NCBI GenBank assembly: GCA_965248355.1
Contig: OZ252098.1
Location: 1,792,001 to 1,856,000, forward strand
Length of the DNA stretch: 64,000 nucleotides
Direction of reading: 5' to 3'
Source of the DNA: Candidatus Latescibacterota bacterium
GTDB lineage: Bacteria; Latescibacterota; UBA2968; UBA8231
The position numbers and the translations under genes were made by a program. Positions 1 to 9,663 of the stretch are shown here, piece after piece; position 1 is the stretch's first letter, and each line of letters begins with the position of its first letter. The notes beneath the pieces were generated by a model. The model ran no database searches. It was not told where the DNA came from and saw only the letters and a program-made list of their open reading frames with translations.

Positions 1-134
1 CGCGCGAGGACCTTCCAGGGGCCCTGGATGGCCATGCGGACCCGGGCGCCGCCGGTTGCCCGGCGCTCGCCCTGGTGCGAAGTTTCCCTGCGCGCCGGAC
101 TGGATTCCCCCCCTTATATATCGAAGGAGCGACC

Positions 135-1082
135 ATGTCCCTGCCAAGAGCCTTCCCGGGGGTCCTCGCCGCGATCCTGATCGCCCCCGACCTCGCCCCC
201 CGGGGGACCGTGGCCGCCGAGGAGCCACCCTCGGCCTTCAGCGAAGCCCCGCTCCCCCACTACATGCTCCGCCAGGCCCGCGGAGAGATCGGCGTCGACG
301 GCCGCCTGGATGAGTTCGACTGGGCCGTGGCGCCCCAGATCGACGCCTTCACCCGGATCCTCAACGACTACGGGCGCATCGCGAGCCCGACTCGGGCGCG
401 CATGCTCTGGGACGACGAAGCCTTGTACGTCTCCTTCGCCTGCCGAGACGGGAACATGTGGGCCCTGTTCACCGAGGAAGACGACCCCATGTGGTCGGAG
501 GAGGTCGTCGAGGTCTTCATCGACCCCGATGGAGACGGCCTCGACTACCTCGAGCTCGAGGTCAACCCGCTCAACGCCGCCGTCGACCTCCACATCGGCC
601 GGATCCTCCCCGATTGGGTCTCCGACAAGGACTGGGACATCCTCGGGCTGCAGACGGCCGTGCAGGCGAAGGGCACGGTGAACGACAGCACCGACGCCGA
701 TCAGGGGTGGACGGTGGAGATTTCCATCCCGTGGGCCGCCTTCGAGCCGACCATCATCGGGGGAGGCAGGCCCCGGGTCGGAGACCGCTGGCGGCTGAAC
801 CTCTACCGGATCGAGCGAGGCGCCGGCGCCGGGGTCCGGGCCCGGCTGCGAGATCTGGGCGAGGCCGGGCGGCGGCTGGCCGAAGGACTGGAGACCCTGG
901 GCGAGGATGCCGATCCCGCCGAGCGCGCCCGGCTCGAGGAGGCGCAGCAGATGCTGGAGGCGCAGGCCGGACCGCTCGCCGACCGCTACCGCCGGGAGAC
1001 GGAATTCACCGCCTGGAGCCCGACCTTCCAGAGCGGCTTCCACCATCCCGCCCGCTTCGGCGTGGTGGAATTCGCACCGTGA
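135..1082 (+). CDS. Secreted CBM9-like (DOMON-fold) carbohydrate-binding protein
   Basis: AAGGAG then ATG at 135; signal-like N-terminus; motifs VDGRLDEFDW, LWDDEALYV, VEVFIDPDG, WTVEISIPW, WRLNLYR, FHHPARFG. Confidence 0.75.
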   Translation: MSLPRAFPGVLAAILIAPDLAPRGTVAAEEPPSAFSEAPLPHYMLRQARGEIGVDGRLDEFDWAVAPQIDAFTRILNDYGRIASPTRARMLWDDEALYVSFACRDGNMWALFTEEDDPMWSEEVVEVFIDPDGDGLDYLELEVNPLNAAVDLHIGRILPDWVSDKDWDILGLQTAVQAKGTVNDSTDADQGWTVEISIPWAAFEPTIIGGGRPRVGDRWRLNLYRIERGAGAGVRARLRDLGEAGRRLAEGLETLGEDADPAERARLEEAQQMLEAQAGPLADRYRRETEFTAWSPTFQSGFHHPARFGVVEFAP

Positions 1083-1729
1083 GCCGGACCGCCGCGGGGG
1101 GCCGGGCGGCGGCGGCTTCCGCCCTCCGCGGGGCCCGGGCCGCCCCCTGCCTGATGCTCCTGGCTGCGCTTCCGGCGGCCCTCGGTCAAGCCGACGAGGA
1201 TGTCGGCACCGGCTCGGCCGGGATGGTCCGGGTCGGCGACTTCTGGATCGACCGCTACGAGTACCCCAACGTGGAGGGCGAGCAGCCCCGGGTTGAGGTC
1301 ACTTGGCGCGAGGCGTTGGATCTGTGCGCCGCCCGGGGGCTGCGCCTGTGCACGGAGCGCGAGTGGGAACGGGCCTGCCGCGGTCCCGGGCACTTCGTCT
1401 ACGGCTACGGGCCGACCTTCGAGCCGGAGCGCTGCAACACCCCCTTCCTCGGAGCCGACGGCACCTGGGTGCGCGACCGCGGCACCGCTCCGAGCGGGGC
1501 CTATGACAACTGCGGCAACGGCTTCGGGGTGCGCGACATGATCGGCAACGTCTGGGAGTGGACGGACGGATGGTACGACCCGGAGCGCGGATGGCGGGTG
1601 GTCCGTGGGGGGTCCTGGTTCCACAACGTGAACTTCGCCCGGGCCGACGCGCGCTACGGCCTTCACCTGGACGAGAGCTACAGCCTCGATCTCATCGGGT
1701 TCCGCTGCTGTCGATCGGCGGAACCGTGA
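1079..1729 (+). CDS. FGE-sulfatase (SUMF1/EgtB/PvdO) fold protein
   Basis: GTGA overlap with upstream stop (alternative ATG at 1154); FWIDRYEYPN, LCTEREWERAC, DMIGNVWEW, RGGSW, IGFRCC. Confidence 0.75.
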   Translation: MSRTAAGGRAAAASALRGARAAPCLMLLAALPAALGQADEDVGTGSAGMVRVGDFWIDRYEYPNVEGEQPRVEVTWREALDLCAARGLRLCTEREWERACRGPGHFVYGYGPTFEPERCNTPFLGADGTWVRDRGTAPSGAYDNCGNGFGVRDMIGNVWEWTDGWYDPERGWRVVRGGSWFHNVNFARADARYGLHLDESYSLDLIGFRCCRSAEP

Positions 1730-1775
1730 ACCGTCATCCGCGCCGCCGATGGCCCTGCCTGATCCGGGAGCCGGC

Positions 1776-2243
1776 ATGATCCGTCCTTTCCGGCCCGACG
1801 ACCTGGAGCGCCTGAAGGAGATCACGGCGGTCTGCTTCGAAGGCGTATCGATCGACCGCAACATCGAGGAGAGGTTCGGCCTCATCGACGGTCGAGACTG
1901 GCGGTTCCGCAAGCTTCGCCACATCGACGCCGACGTGGCCGGCGCCAACGGGCGCGGCGTGTTCGTCTTCGAGGAGGCCGGCGAGGTCGTGGGGTACATC
2001 AGCACCCGGCTCGATGCGGCCACCCGCATCGGCCACATCCCGAACATGGCGGTCCAGCCTGCGCGCCAGGGGCAGGGCATCGGCCGCCGGCTGATGGATC
2101 ACGCCCTGGCCTTCCTGCGCGCCGAGGGGATGGAGGCCGTGAGGATCGAGACCCTGGAGCAGAACCCCATCGGCAGCCGCTTCTACCCGGAGATGGGATT
2201 CCACGAGGTGGCCCGTCAGATCCACTACCTGATGCGTCTGTGA
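1776..2243 (+). CDS. GNAT family N-acetyltransferase
   Basis: Acetyl-CoA motif AVQPARQGQGIGRRLM; N..FY..GF motif. Confidence 0.85.
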   Translation: MIRPFRPDDLERLKEITAVCFEGVSIDRNIEERFGLIDGRDWRFRKLRHIDADVAGANGRGVFVFEEAGEVVGYISTRLDAATRIGHIPNMAVQPARQGQGIGRRLMDHALAFLRAEGMEAVRIETLEQNPIGSRFYPEMGFHEVARQIHYLMRL

Positions 2244-2254
2244 GGAAGGGACGG

Positions 2255-2941
2255 ATGTCCGAAGGCGACAAGGAGCTGGCCGCCCGGCGGGCGGTGGAGT
2301 ACGCGGCGGACGGCATGGTGGTCGGGCTCGGGACGGGCTCTACGGCCGACTTCGCCATTCGCGCTCTCGGAGAACGGGCCCGGGCGGAAGGGCTCCGGAT
2401 CGAGTGCGTGCCCACCTCGCAGGCCTCGGCCCGCCTCGGGACGCAGGTCGGTCTCGAGATCCGCAGCCTCGAGGACCACCCCGCCGTCGATCTGACCATC
2501 GACGGGGCCGACGAGGTCGACCCCCGTCTCGATCTGATCAAGGGACTCGGCGGGGCCCTGCTGCGGGAGAAGGTCGTCGCCAGCGCCAGCGCGCGGGAGG
2601 TGATCATCGTCGATGCCTCCAAGCGGGTCGAGCGCCTCGGCACTCGCTCGCCCCTGCCGGTGGAGGTGGTCCCCTTCGCCTGGACCTTGTGCCGCAGACG
2701 CCTCATGGACCTCGGGCCGCGGGCCGAGCTGCGCCGGGACGGAGGTCAGCCCTTCGTGACCGACAATGGCAACTACATCCTCCACTGCCATTTCCCGGAG
2801 GGCCTCCCCGACCCCGCCGACATGGAGCGCCGGATCGGCGAGATCCCGGGGGTCGTCGAGAACGGGTTGTTCATCGGCCTGGCCGACGCGGTCGTCGTCG
2901 GGGACAGCGGCCGGTGCCAGGTCCTGGAGCGGCAGGGCTAG
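2255..2941 (+). CDS. rpiA: Ribose-5-phosphate isomerase A
   Basis: GLGTGST, DGADEVD, KGLGGALLREK, TDNGN. Confidence 0.95.
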   Translation: MSEGDKELAARRAVEYAADGMVVGLGTGSTADFAIRALGERARAEGLRIECVPTSQASARLGTQVGLEIRSLEDHPAVDLTIDGADEVDPRLDLIKGLGGALLREKVVASASAREVIIVDASKRVERLGTRSPLPVEVVPFAWTLCRRRLMDLGPRAELRRDGGQPFVTDNGNYILHCHFPEGLPDPADMERRIGEIPGVVENGLFIGLADAVVVGDSGRCQVLERQG

Positions 2942-3357
2942 AGCCGGCGGACCCCGATCCCCCGCTCGTAGACCAGCGCTCCGCCCTGGAGGCCGGCGAT
3001 CCACAGCAGCCCCAGGGCCACGGCTCCCACCACCAGCCAAGCCGGCGCCAGGCCGGCCTCCCCGCCGCGCAGGAAACCCGGCAACCGGCCCAGGGCCGAG
3101 GCCAGATAGATCAGGAAGGCGAGGGTTGCGTAGTCCTCGTGCTGCTGAATCGCCGCGGCGTGCACGGACCCGCGGAGCTCCGAGGCGGCGAGATTTCCCG
3201 TGATCAGCGCGGTCATCGTTCCCGCGGTGCCGGCGAGCAGCAGCGTGTAGCCGAGCCGATGCCACGGCCTGCGGGCCACCAAGCCCGCCAGGTCCAGGCA
3301 GAAGCCGAAGGCGAGCAGGGCGATCGGGAAATGGACGACCACCGGATGCAGGGGCAT
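2938..3357 (-). CDS. DUF2231-like small membrane protein
   Basis: HPVVVHFPIALL motif, about four hydrophobic segments, C-terminal GGALVY..GIG. Confidence 0.7.
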   Translation of the reverse strand: MPLHPVVVHFPIALLAFGFCLDLAGLVARRPWHRLGYTLLLAGTAGTMTALITGNLAASELRGSVHAAAIQQHEDYATLAFLIYLASALGRLPGFLRGGEAGLAPAWLVVGAVALGLLWIAGLQGGALVYERGIGVRRL

Positions 3358-3409
3358 GGTGGGGATGGTAGAGGGCCCCCGACGGGCCTGCAAGCCACGC
3401 CGGCCGGAG

Positions 3410-3439
3410 TTGACCCGCTCATCGGGCCGCGGCTATCAT
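3410..3439 (+). promoter_or_regulatory. Putative sigma70-like promoter
   Basis: TTGACC-N18-TATCAT upstream of the ATG at 3472. Confidence 0.4.
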
Positions 3440-3471
3440 GCCTCTCCCCCGACTCAGGATTGACGCGACCC

Positions 3472-4788
3472 ATGGCCTCCGATCTGTCCGAGCACATCCA
3501 GTCGACCCCCCTGTGCGACACGCACGAGCACCTGCGCAAGGAACGGGACTGGGTGGAGGAGGGTCCGGCGGACGTCCTGTGCGATCTCTTCACCAACTAC
3601 GTCCCCGCCGATCTGATCAGCGCCGGCGCTCCCGACAGCGCCGTGCAGGGCCTGACCCGACCCTCCTCCGGTGATCTCGAGTCGCGCCTGAAGGCAGTGG
3701 AGCCCGCCTGGCGCGCGATCCGGCACACCGGGTACGGCGAGGCCGTTCGCATCCTCGCCGAGGAGATCTACGGGATGCCCCCCGACTGGGGGCCGGGAGA
3801 CCTGGAGGCGGCGCAGGAGAAACTGGCCGAATGGCGGCGACCCGGGGGCCGGCGGCGTCTCCTCGAAGAGCGCGGCGGCATCGATCACACCCAGACCGAT
3901 GACGGCTGCTGGCCCTGCCTGCCGGACGCCTCGGGACCCGCGTACTTCTTCTACGACATCACCTGGGCCGCGTTCTGCAACGGCGACGTCCGCCCGGCAG
4001 ATCTCGCCGAGGAGACCGGCGTCACCGTCCGCGACCTGTCGACGCTGCGGCAGGCCATGGCCGAGGTGTTCTCCAGGTACGCCGCCTGCGCCATCGCCGT
4101 GAAGGCCCAGCACGCCTACAGCCGGACATTGGACTGGCATGAGCGCACCGACGCGGAGGCCTCGGCCGCCCTCGAAGCGACTCTGAGGCACGGCCACGGC
4201 AAGGTGCCCGTGGAGACCCGGCTGGCCCTCGGAGACTGGTGCTGGGCTCGGGGGGTGGAGCTGGCCATCGACCACGATCTTCCCTTCAAGTTGCACACGG
4301 GATACTACGCCGGCACCGACCGCATGCCCGTGAGCCGCATTCGCAGCGGCAACTTGTGCGGCCTGTTGGCCAGGTACCTCGACTGCCGCTTCGTGCTGAT
4401 GCACATCGCCTACCCCTACTGCGCGGAACTGGTCGCCCTGGCCAAGCACTACCGCAACGTCTACGCCGATCTCTGCTGGGCGTGGTCGATCGACCCCTTA
4501 TCCAGCGTCGACTTCGTGCGCCGTTTCCTCCACGCGGCGCCGGCGAACAAGCTCTTCGCCTTCGGCGGCGACACCCACTGGCCCACGAGCGCTTCCGCCT
4601 ACGCCATCCAGGCCCGGCGCTGGCTCACGCGGGCTCTCGAGGCGGAGGTCGAGTGCGGGCTCATGAGCGAGGCCGAGGCCATGGCCGTGGCTTCGAGGTT
4701 GATGCGCGGCAACCAGTACGACTGCTTCCGCGTGCAGGCCAAGCGCGAGACCGTGGCCGCCGCAGCCGGCCCGTCGGCGGCCCCGTGA
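3472..4788 (+). CDS. Amidohydrolase superfamily protein (uronate isomerase-like/amidohydro_2)
   Basis: DTHEH metal motif, KLHTG, LMH, FGGD. Confidence 0.75.
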   Translation: MASDLSEHIQSTPLCDTHEHLRKERDWVEEGPADVLCDLFTNYVPADLISAGAPDSAVQGLTRPSSGDLESRLKAVEPAWRAIRHTGYGEAVRILAEEIYGMPPDWGPGDLEAAQEKLAEWRRPGGRRRLLEERGGIDHTQTDDGCWPCLPDASGPAYFFYDITWAAFCNGDVRPADLAEETGVTVRDLSTLRQAMAEVFSRYAACAIAVKAQHAYSRTLDWHERTDAEASAALEATLRHGHGKVPVETRLALGDWCWARGVELAIDHDLPFKLHTGYYAGTDRMPVSRIRSGNLCGLLARYLDCRFVLMHIAYPYCAELVALAKHYRNVYADLCWAWSIDPLSSVDFVRRFLHAAPANKLFAFGGDTHWPTSASAYAIQARRWLTRALEAEVECGLMSEAEAMAVASRLMRGNQYDCFRVQAKRETVAAAAGPSAAP

Positions 4789-6446
4789 ACCGACCGAGCC
4801 GCACCATCGTCGAAGGGCCCGCCCGCGCCGGGGCCCGGGCCATGTACAAGGCCGTCGGCTACGACGACGAGGCCCTCGCCAGGCCCCTGATCGGCATCGC
4901 CAACACGTGGACCGAGATCGGCCCCTGCAACTACCACCTGCGCGGGCTGGCGGAGCACGTGAAGCAGGGCGTGCGCGAGGCGGGAGGCACGGCGCTGGAG
5001 TTCAACACCGTCGTCGTCTCCGACGGCATCACCATGGGTACCGAGGGCATGAAGACCTCCCTCGTGAGCCGCGAGGTGATCGCCGATTCGATCGAGCTGG
5101 TCGGGCGCGGCCACATGCTGGACGGCCTCGTGGCGATGACCGGGTGCGACAAGACCACCCCCGGGGCGATCCTCGCCCTCGGCCGGCTCGACGTGCCGGC
5201 CCTCGTGTTCTACGGCGGCTCCATCATGCCCGGGAAGCACCGGGGTGCCGACCTGACGATCCAGGATGTCTACGAGGCCATCGGCGCCCACGCCGGGGGC
5301 CGCATCAGCGCCGGGGAGCTGAAGGCGATCGAGGACGCCGCCTGTCCCGGCCCCGGCTCCTGCGGCGGGCAGTTCACGGCCAACACCATGGCCACGGCTG
5401 CGGAGATCCTCGGCTTGGCGCCCATGGGTTCCGGGTCGATCCCGGCGGCGGACCCCGCCAAGGAGGGGGCGGCGGCAGAGATGGGCCGAATGGCCGTCGA
5501 CCTGGTACGGCGGGGCCTGCGCCCCCGCCAGATCGTGACCCGCCGGTCCATCGAGAACGCCATCGCCTCGATCGCCACGACCGGCGGCTCCACCAACGGG
5601 GTCCTGCACTTCCTGGCCATCGCCCACGAGTACGGCATCGAGCTGGAGCTGGAGGACTTCCAGCGCCTCTCCGAGCGCACGCCGCTGATGGTCAGCCTGA
5701 AGCCGGGAGGGCTGTTCGTCGCCTCCGACCTGCACGAGGCCGGGGGCGTCGCCTTGGTGGCGAACCGGCTCAAGGCGCTCGGCTGCCTGCACGAGGACTG
5801 CCTCACGGTCACGGGGCGCACCGTAGGCGAGGAGGCGGACCGAGCCAGGGAGACGCCCGGCCAGGAGGTGGTTCGTCCCCCCCACCGGCCGATCAAGTCG
5901 AGCGGCGGACTGGTCGTGCTTCGAGGGAGCCTGGCGCCGGAGGGATGCGTGGTGAAGCTGGCCGGCCACGAGCGTTCCAGGCACGTCGGACCGGCGCGCG
6001 TCTTCGACCGCGAGGAGGACGTGCTGCCCGAGATCGAAAGGGGCGGCATCCAGGACGGCGATGTGGTCGTGATCCGCTACGAGGGGCCCGTGGGCGGGCC
6101 GGGCATGAGGGAGATGCTGCAGATCACCGGCGCCATTGTCGGCGCCGGCCTCGGGGAGACCGTGGCCCTGCTCACCGACGGCCGGTTCTCCGGCGCCACC
6201 CGCGGCCTGATGATCGGCCACGTCACCCCGGAGGCGGCCTCCGGGGGGCCGATCGCCCTGGTCCGCGAAGGCGACGAGATCACCATCGACACGGAGGGGC
6301 GCCGCGTCGACCTGGCCGTCGACGCGGAGGAGCTGGAGCGCCGCCGCGCCCGCTGGTCGGCCCCGGAACCGCGTTACCGGCGCGGGGTGATGGCCAAGTA
6401 CGCGAGGCTCGTCTCGAGCGCCTCCACGGGGGCCGTCACCATCTGA
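4785..6446 (+). CDS. ilvD: Dihydroxy-acid dehydratase
   Basis: [52 protein letters not shown] overlaps upstream stop. Confidence 0.93.
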   Translation: MNRPSRTIVEGPARAGARAMYKAVGYDDEALARPLIGIANTWTEIGPCNYHLRGLAEHVKQGVREAGGTALEFNTVVVSDGITMGTEGMKTSLVSREVIADSIELVGRGHMLDGLVAMTGCDKTTPGAILALGRLDVPALVFYGGSIMPGKHRGADLTIQDVYEAIGAHAGGRISAGELKAIEDAACPGPGSCGGQFTANTMATAAEILGLAPMGSGSIPAADPAKEGAAAEMGRMAVDLVRRGLRPRQIVTRRSIENAIASIATTGGSTNGVLHFLAIAHEYGIELELEDFQRLSERTPLMVSLKPGGLFVASDLHEAGGVALVANRLKALGCLHEDCLTVTGRTVGEEADRARETPGQEVVRPPHRPIKSSGGLVVLRGSLAPEGCVVKLAGHERSRHVGPARVFDREEDVLPEIERGGIQDGDVVVIRYEGPVGGPGMREMLQITGAIVGAGLGETVALLTDGRFSGATRGLMIGHVTPEAASGGPIALVREGDEITIDTEGRRVDLAVDAEELERRRARWSAPEPRYRRGVMAKYARLVSSASTGAVTI

Positions 6447-6458
6447 TCGAGAGCTGCC

Positions 6459-7376
6459 TCACAGCTTGAGCGCGTGCTCCCGCACGTAGGTCTCGACGTG
6501 CCGCTGGGTGTCGCGCCAGGGGAAGGTGCCGCCCGGCGGGAAGTAGTAGTGGTACTCGGCGTACTCGAGGCCGTAGGGCTCGGCCATCCGCTTGTTCTCC
6601 TCGAGTCCGAAGAGACGGATGTACTCGCGGTCCGCGGTCTCGTCGTCGTCGCCCAGCTCCGCCAGCTTCCTTCCCTCCGCCTCCAGCCGCGCCTTCAGCC
6701 CGCGCCCGTGGGAGCCGGCCGGCCCCTGTGACTTGTTCGCCGCCATGGACTCGATCTTCCGCTCGAGGAACGGACCGATGTCGGTGACCAGGTTGTAGGG
6801 CGACCCGGGGCGCATGGCCCAGTAGTACTTGTCCTGCACGCCGCAGGGCTTCATCCCCGCCTGCACCTGCTCGGGGTAGTCCTTCCCCGATGCGGCCATC
6901 CAGCAGGCCGACTCCACCAGCTGCCCGGTGATGTAGTGGTCCGGGTTCTCCTCCCAGCGGGCCCAGGGGTGGAAGCTCATGGCCGTGTCCACCTGCAGGT
7001 GGCGGAAGAGGAAGATCAGCCGGCAGCGCTGCTCGAGCATCGAGTTCTCCTCCTGGCGGTGATTGCGGTAGCCGAGGTTGAACACGTCCTCGATGTCGAG
7101 GCTGTCCGCCAGGACGCTCACGTCCACCTCGTTGCTCTTGATGGCGTCGGCGATCGTGCCGGGACCGCACTTCTCGTCGTTGGTCGTCTGGATGAGGAAG
7201 GCCTTGTAGCCCTCGGCGATCAGCTTGGCCACCAGCCCGCCCGAGTACAGGGGCATGTCGTCGGCGTGGGCCTGGACGATGCCGAGGACCTTGCCTTCGT
7301 GGGGCCGTGACCCGTCGAAGGTGTCCACCCTGACCGGCCCATGGGTCGTGTCTTCCGCGTACCAGCCGTCGTGCAT
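6459..7376 (-). CDS. PIG-L/LmbE family deacetylase
   Basis: AHADD and ENPDH metal motifs. Confidence 0.75.
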   Translation of the reverse strand: MHDGWYAEDTTHGPVRVDTFDGSRPHEGKVLGIVQAHADDMPLYSGGLVAKLIAEGYKAFLIQTTNDEKCGPGTIADAIKSNEVDVSVLADSLDIEDVFNLGYRNHRQEENSMLEQRCRLIFLFRHLQVDTAMSFHPWARWEENPDHYITGQLVESACWMAASGKDYPEQVQAGMKPCGVQDKYYWAMRPGSPYNLVTDIGPFLERKIESMAANKSQGPAGSHGRGLKARLEAEGRKLAELGDDDETADREYIRLFGLEENKRMAEPYGLEYAEYHYYFPPGGTFPWRDTQRHVETYVREHALKL

Positions 7377-7390
7377 GGGAATTCTCCACC

Positions 7391-8878
7391 CTAGTCCGCG
7401 CCCACCGAGGCCTTGATCCGTTTCAACCGCGCTGCCTCGGGAAGCGTCTTGTAGTTGGGATCGAGAGGAAAGCACCCGGAGATCATGCCGTTGCGCGGCG
7501 CCGTGGTGCAGTCGGAGAAAGTGCGGCAGATGCGCTTGCGCGCCAGGGGCCGTCCCTCGAGCACGTGGGCCGGCAGGTCCGGGTAGGCCAGCACCATGCG
7601 GCCGAGTCCGGCCAGGTCGACCTCGCCGGCGCGCACCAGGGCCTGGGCCACCTGGGGGAGGTACTCCTGGAGATAGGAGTATCCCGAGCCGACGATGACC
7701 AGATCCGGGTGACGCGCCTTCACCTCGCGGACCATGGCCAGCTGCCGGGCCACCCCCACGAGGGGATCCTCGGGCGGCTGGTACCCGTCCGAAGGCGGAA
7801 ACAAGGCCGGACGCTGGATGTGGGGATTGTAGTACGGGCTGCCGCAGGAGAGGTTGACCAGACGGATGCCGAGTTCCCGGAGCAGGTCGAGGAACATGAA
7901 GGTCTCGCGCAGGTCCCAGGCGAGGGGATTCCCGTGGTCGGTTCCGAAGCCGTAGCGGTAGGGCAGGTGGTCGTCGAAGGGCTCGGGGATTCCCGATCCC
8001 GGCCGGCCTCCCTCGGCTCCCGCCGGATCCGGCCGGAACGGCACCCAGTCGAAAGCGGAGAGCCGGACGCCGATGGCGATCGGGCCGGCCCCCTGGTCGG
8101 CGCGGATGCCCTCGACGATGCCGCGCAGGAAGCGGGTGCGGTTCTCGAAGGAGCCGCCGTATTTCCCCGGCCGCGTGAAACCCGACAGCAGCTCGTGGCC
8201 CAGGTAACCGTGGCAATGCTTGACGTCGACGAAGTCGAACCCCGCCTCGCGGGCGACGCGGGCGCCGGCGACGTAGCGCTCGATCAGACCTTCCAGCCGC
8301 TCGTCGGTGATCGGCGGGTGATCGGCGCCGATGCCGAACCTGGAGTCCAGGATCGGGTGGCGGTAGGCGATGACGGGCTCGGGGCGGTCCTTGCGGAAGG
8401 GCCGGCAGAACCGTCCCGAGTGGGTCAGCTGCAGTCCCACGACCAGGCCCTCGTCGGAGCCGAACCGGTCCCGGTGCGCCCTCCGGAGAAGGTGATGAAG
8501 CTCGGCGATGCCGGCGGCGGTCTCCGGCGAGCAGATCAACTGGTTCGGGTTGGCCCGGCCCTCGGGGTGGACGGCGCAGGCCTCGCCTCCCCAGATCAGC
8601 TTGGCCCCCGAGATCCCGAAGTTGCGCCAGCGCTGGCGCACGAGATCGGTGGGTCTGCCTTCCCCGGTCCCGTCCCAGCCCTCCATCGGATGGATGGCAA
8701 AGCGGTTCCCGATGCGCAGGCCGGAGCCGGCGTCGATGGGCTGCGCCAGAGGCGATCCGGGCGCGGCGAGGAGGTCGCCGTCGCAGGGGACGCGCACGCC
8801 GAGGGCCGAGCAGTGGGCGCGCAGCTCCGCCGCGCTCCTGAACGTGGAGACGCGCTTGTGCCGGACCCGATCGGCCAA
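7391..8878 (-). CDS. NADH:flavin oxidoreductase (old yellow enzyme family)
   Basis: NRFAIHPMEG, LQLTHSGR, GFDFVDVKHCHGYL, YGGSFENRTRF. Confidence 0.85.
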   Translation of the reverse strand: MADRVRHKRVSTFRSAAELRAHCSALGVRVPCDGDLLAAPGSPLAQPIDAGSGLRIGNRFAIHPMEGWDGTGEGRPTDLVRQRWRNFGISGAKLIWGGEACAVHPEGRANPNQLICSPETAAGIAELHHLLRRAHRDRFGSDEGLVVGLQLTHSGRFCRPFRKDRPEPVIAYRHPILDSRFGIGADHPPITDERLEGLIERYVAGARVAREAGFDFVDVKHCHGYLGHELLSGFTRPGKYGGSFENRTRFLRGIVEGIRADQGAGPIAIGVRLSAFDWVPFRPDPAGAEGGRPGSGIPEPFDDHLPYRYGFGTDHGNPLAWDLRETFMFLDLLRELGIRLVNLSCGSPYYNPHIQRPALFPPSDGYQPPEDPLVGVARQLAMVREVKARHPDLVIVGSGYSYLQEYLPQVAQALVRAGEVDLAGLGRMVLAYPDLPAHVLEGRPLARKRICRTFSDCTTAPRNGMISGCFPLDPNYKTLPEAARLKRIKASVGAD

Positions 8879-8884
8879 GGCGTT

Positions 8885-9661
8885 CTAGGAGCTCTCCGGG
8901 TTCGGAGCCGCCGACCGGCTCAGGACGCGGGCCCCGGCGCCGATCCCCACGGCCACGAGGGCGAGACTGAACAGCTGCGCGCCGGTCAGACCCAGCAGAA
9001 CCGGCGGATTGAGACGGATCGTCTCCACCCCGAACCGGGCGCCCCCGGCGAGCAGGAGATAGGCGCAGAACAGCAGGCCGGGCCGGCCTTCCACGGCCCT
9101 GCGCATGCGCCAGAGAAGGCCGAAGGTGGCCAGCCCCAGCAGGGTCTCGTAGACCGGCGCCGGATGGACGATCTCCTCCGTGGGCACCACCCCCTTCGGA
9201 TAGGCCATGCCCCACGGCAGGTCGGTGGGCACGCCGTAGTCGCCGTCGCCCGCCAACTGGCAGCCGATGCGGCCGATGGCGTACCCCAGGGCCAGTCCCA
9301 TGCCGATGGCGTCCGCCGTGGCCGGAAGCGGCGCCGCGTGGCGGCGGATCGTCCAGATCACCGCGGCCGTGGCCACGAGAAAGCCCCCGTGCCAGGTGAG
9401 TCCGCTGCCCGAGAACACGGCCCGCAAAGTCTCGCCCCAGGTGGCCCCATCGGGTATCTCGAAGAGGACGAAGTAGAGCTTCGCCCCGGCCAGGCCGCCG
9501 AGGATGGCGGCGGTGATCAGGCTCGTGGACAGCTCGGCATCGATGCCGCGACGGCGCAGCTCGCTCTTGATGACCACGTGCGCCGACAGGAACCCGAGCA
9601 CGACCATGGGGCCGAAGGTGGGCAGGCGGAAACCGCCGATCTCGAGCCAGTACGGATACAC
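8885..9661 (-). CDS. lgt: Prolipoprotein diacylglyceryl transferase
   Basis: GLTWHGG, GRIGC..GDGDYG, HPAPVYE, RFGVETIR; multiple TM helices. Confidence 0.85.
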   Translation of the reverse strand: MYPYWLEIGGFRLPTFGPMVVLGFLSAHVVIKSELRRRGIDAELSTSLITAAILGGLAGAKLYFVLFEIPDGATWGETLRAVFSGSGLTWHGGFLVATAAVIWTIRRHAAPLPATADAIGMGLALGYAIGRIGCQLAGDGDYGVPTDLPWGMAYPKGVVPTEEIVHPAPVYETLLGLATFGLLWRMRRAVEGRPGLLFCAYLLLAGGARFGVETIRLNPPVLLGLTGAQLFSLALVAVGIGAGARVLSRSAAPNPESS

Positions 9662-9663
9662 GT

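Noticed and set aside
1079..1729. True formylglycine-generating enzyme for the sulfatase
   Set aside because: The Cys pair after RGGSW is absent (RGGSWFHNVNFAR), so only the fold is supported.
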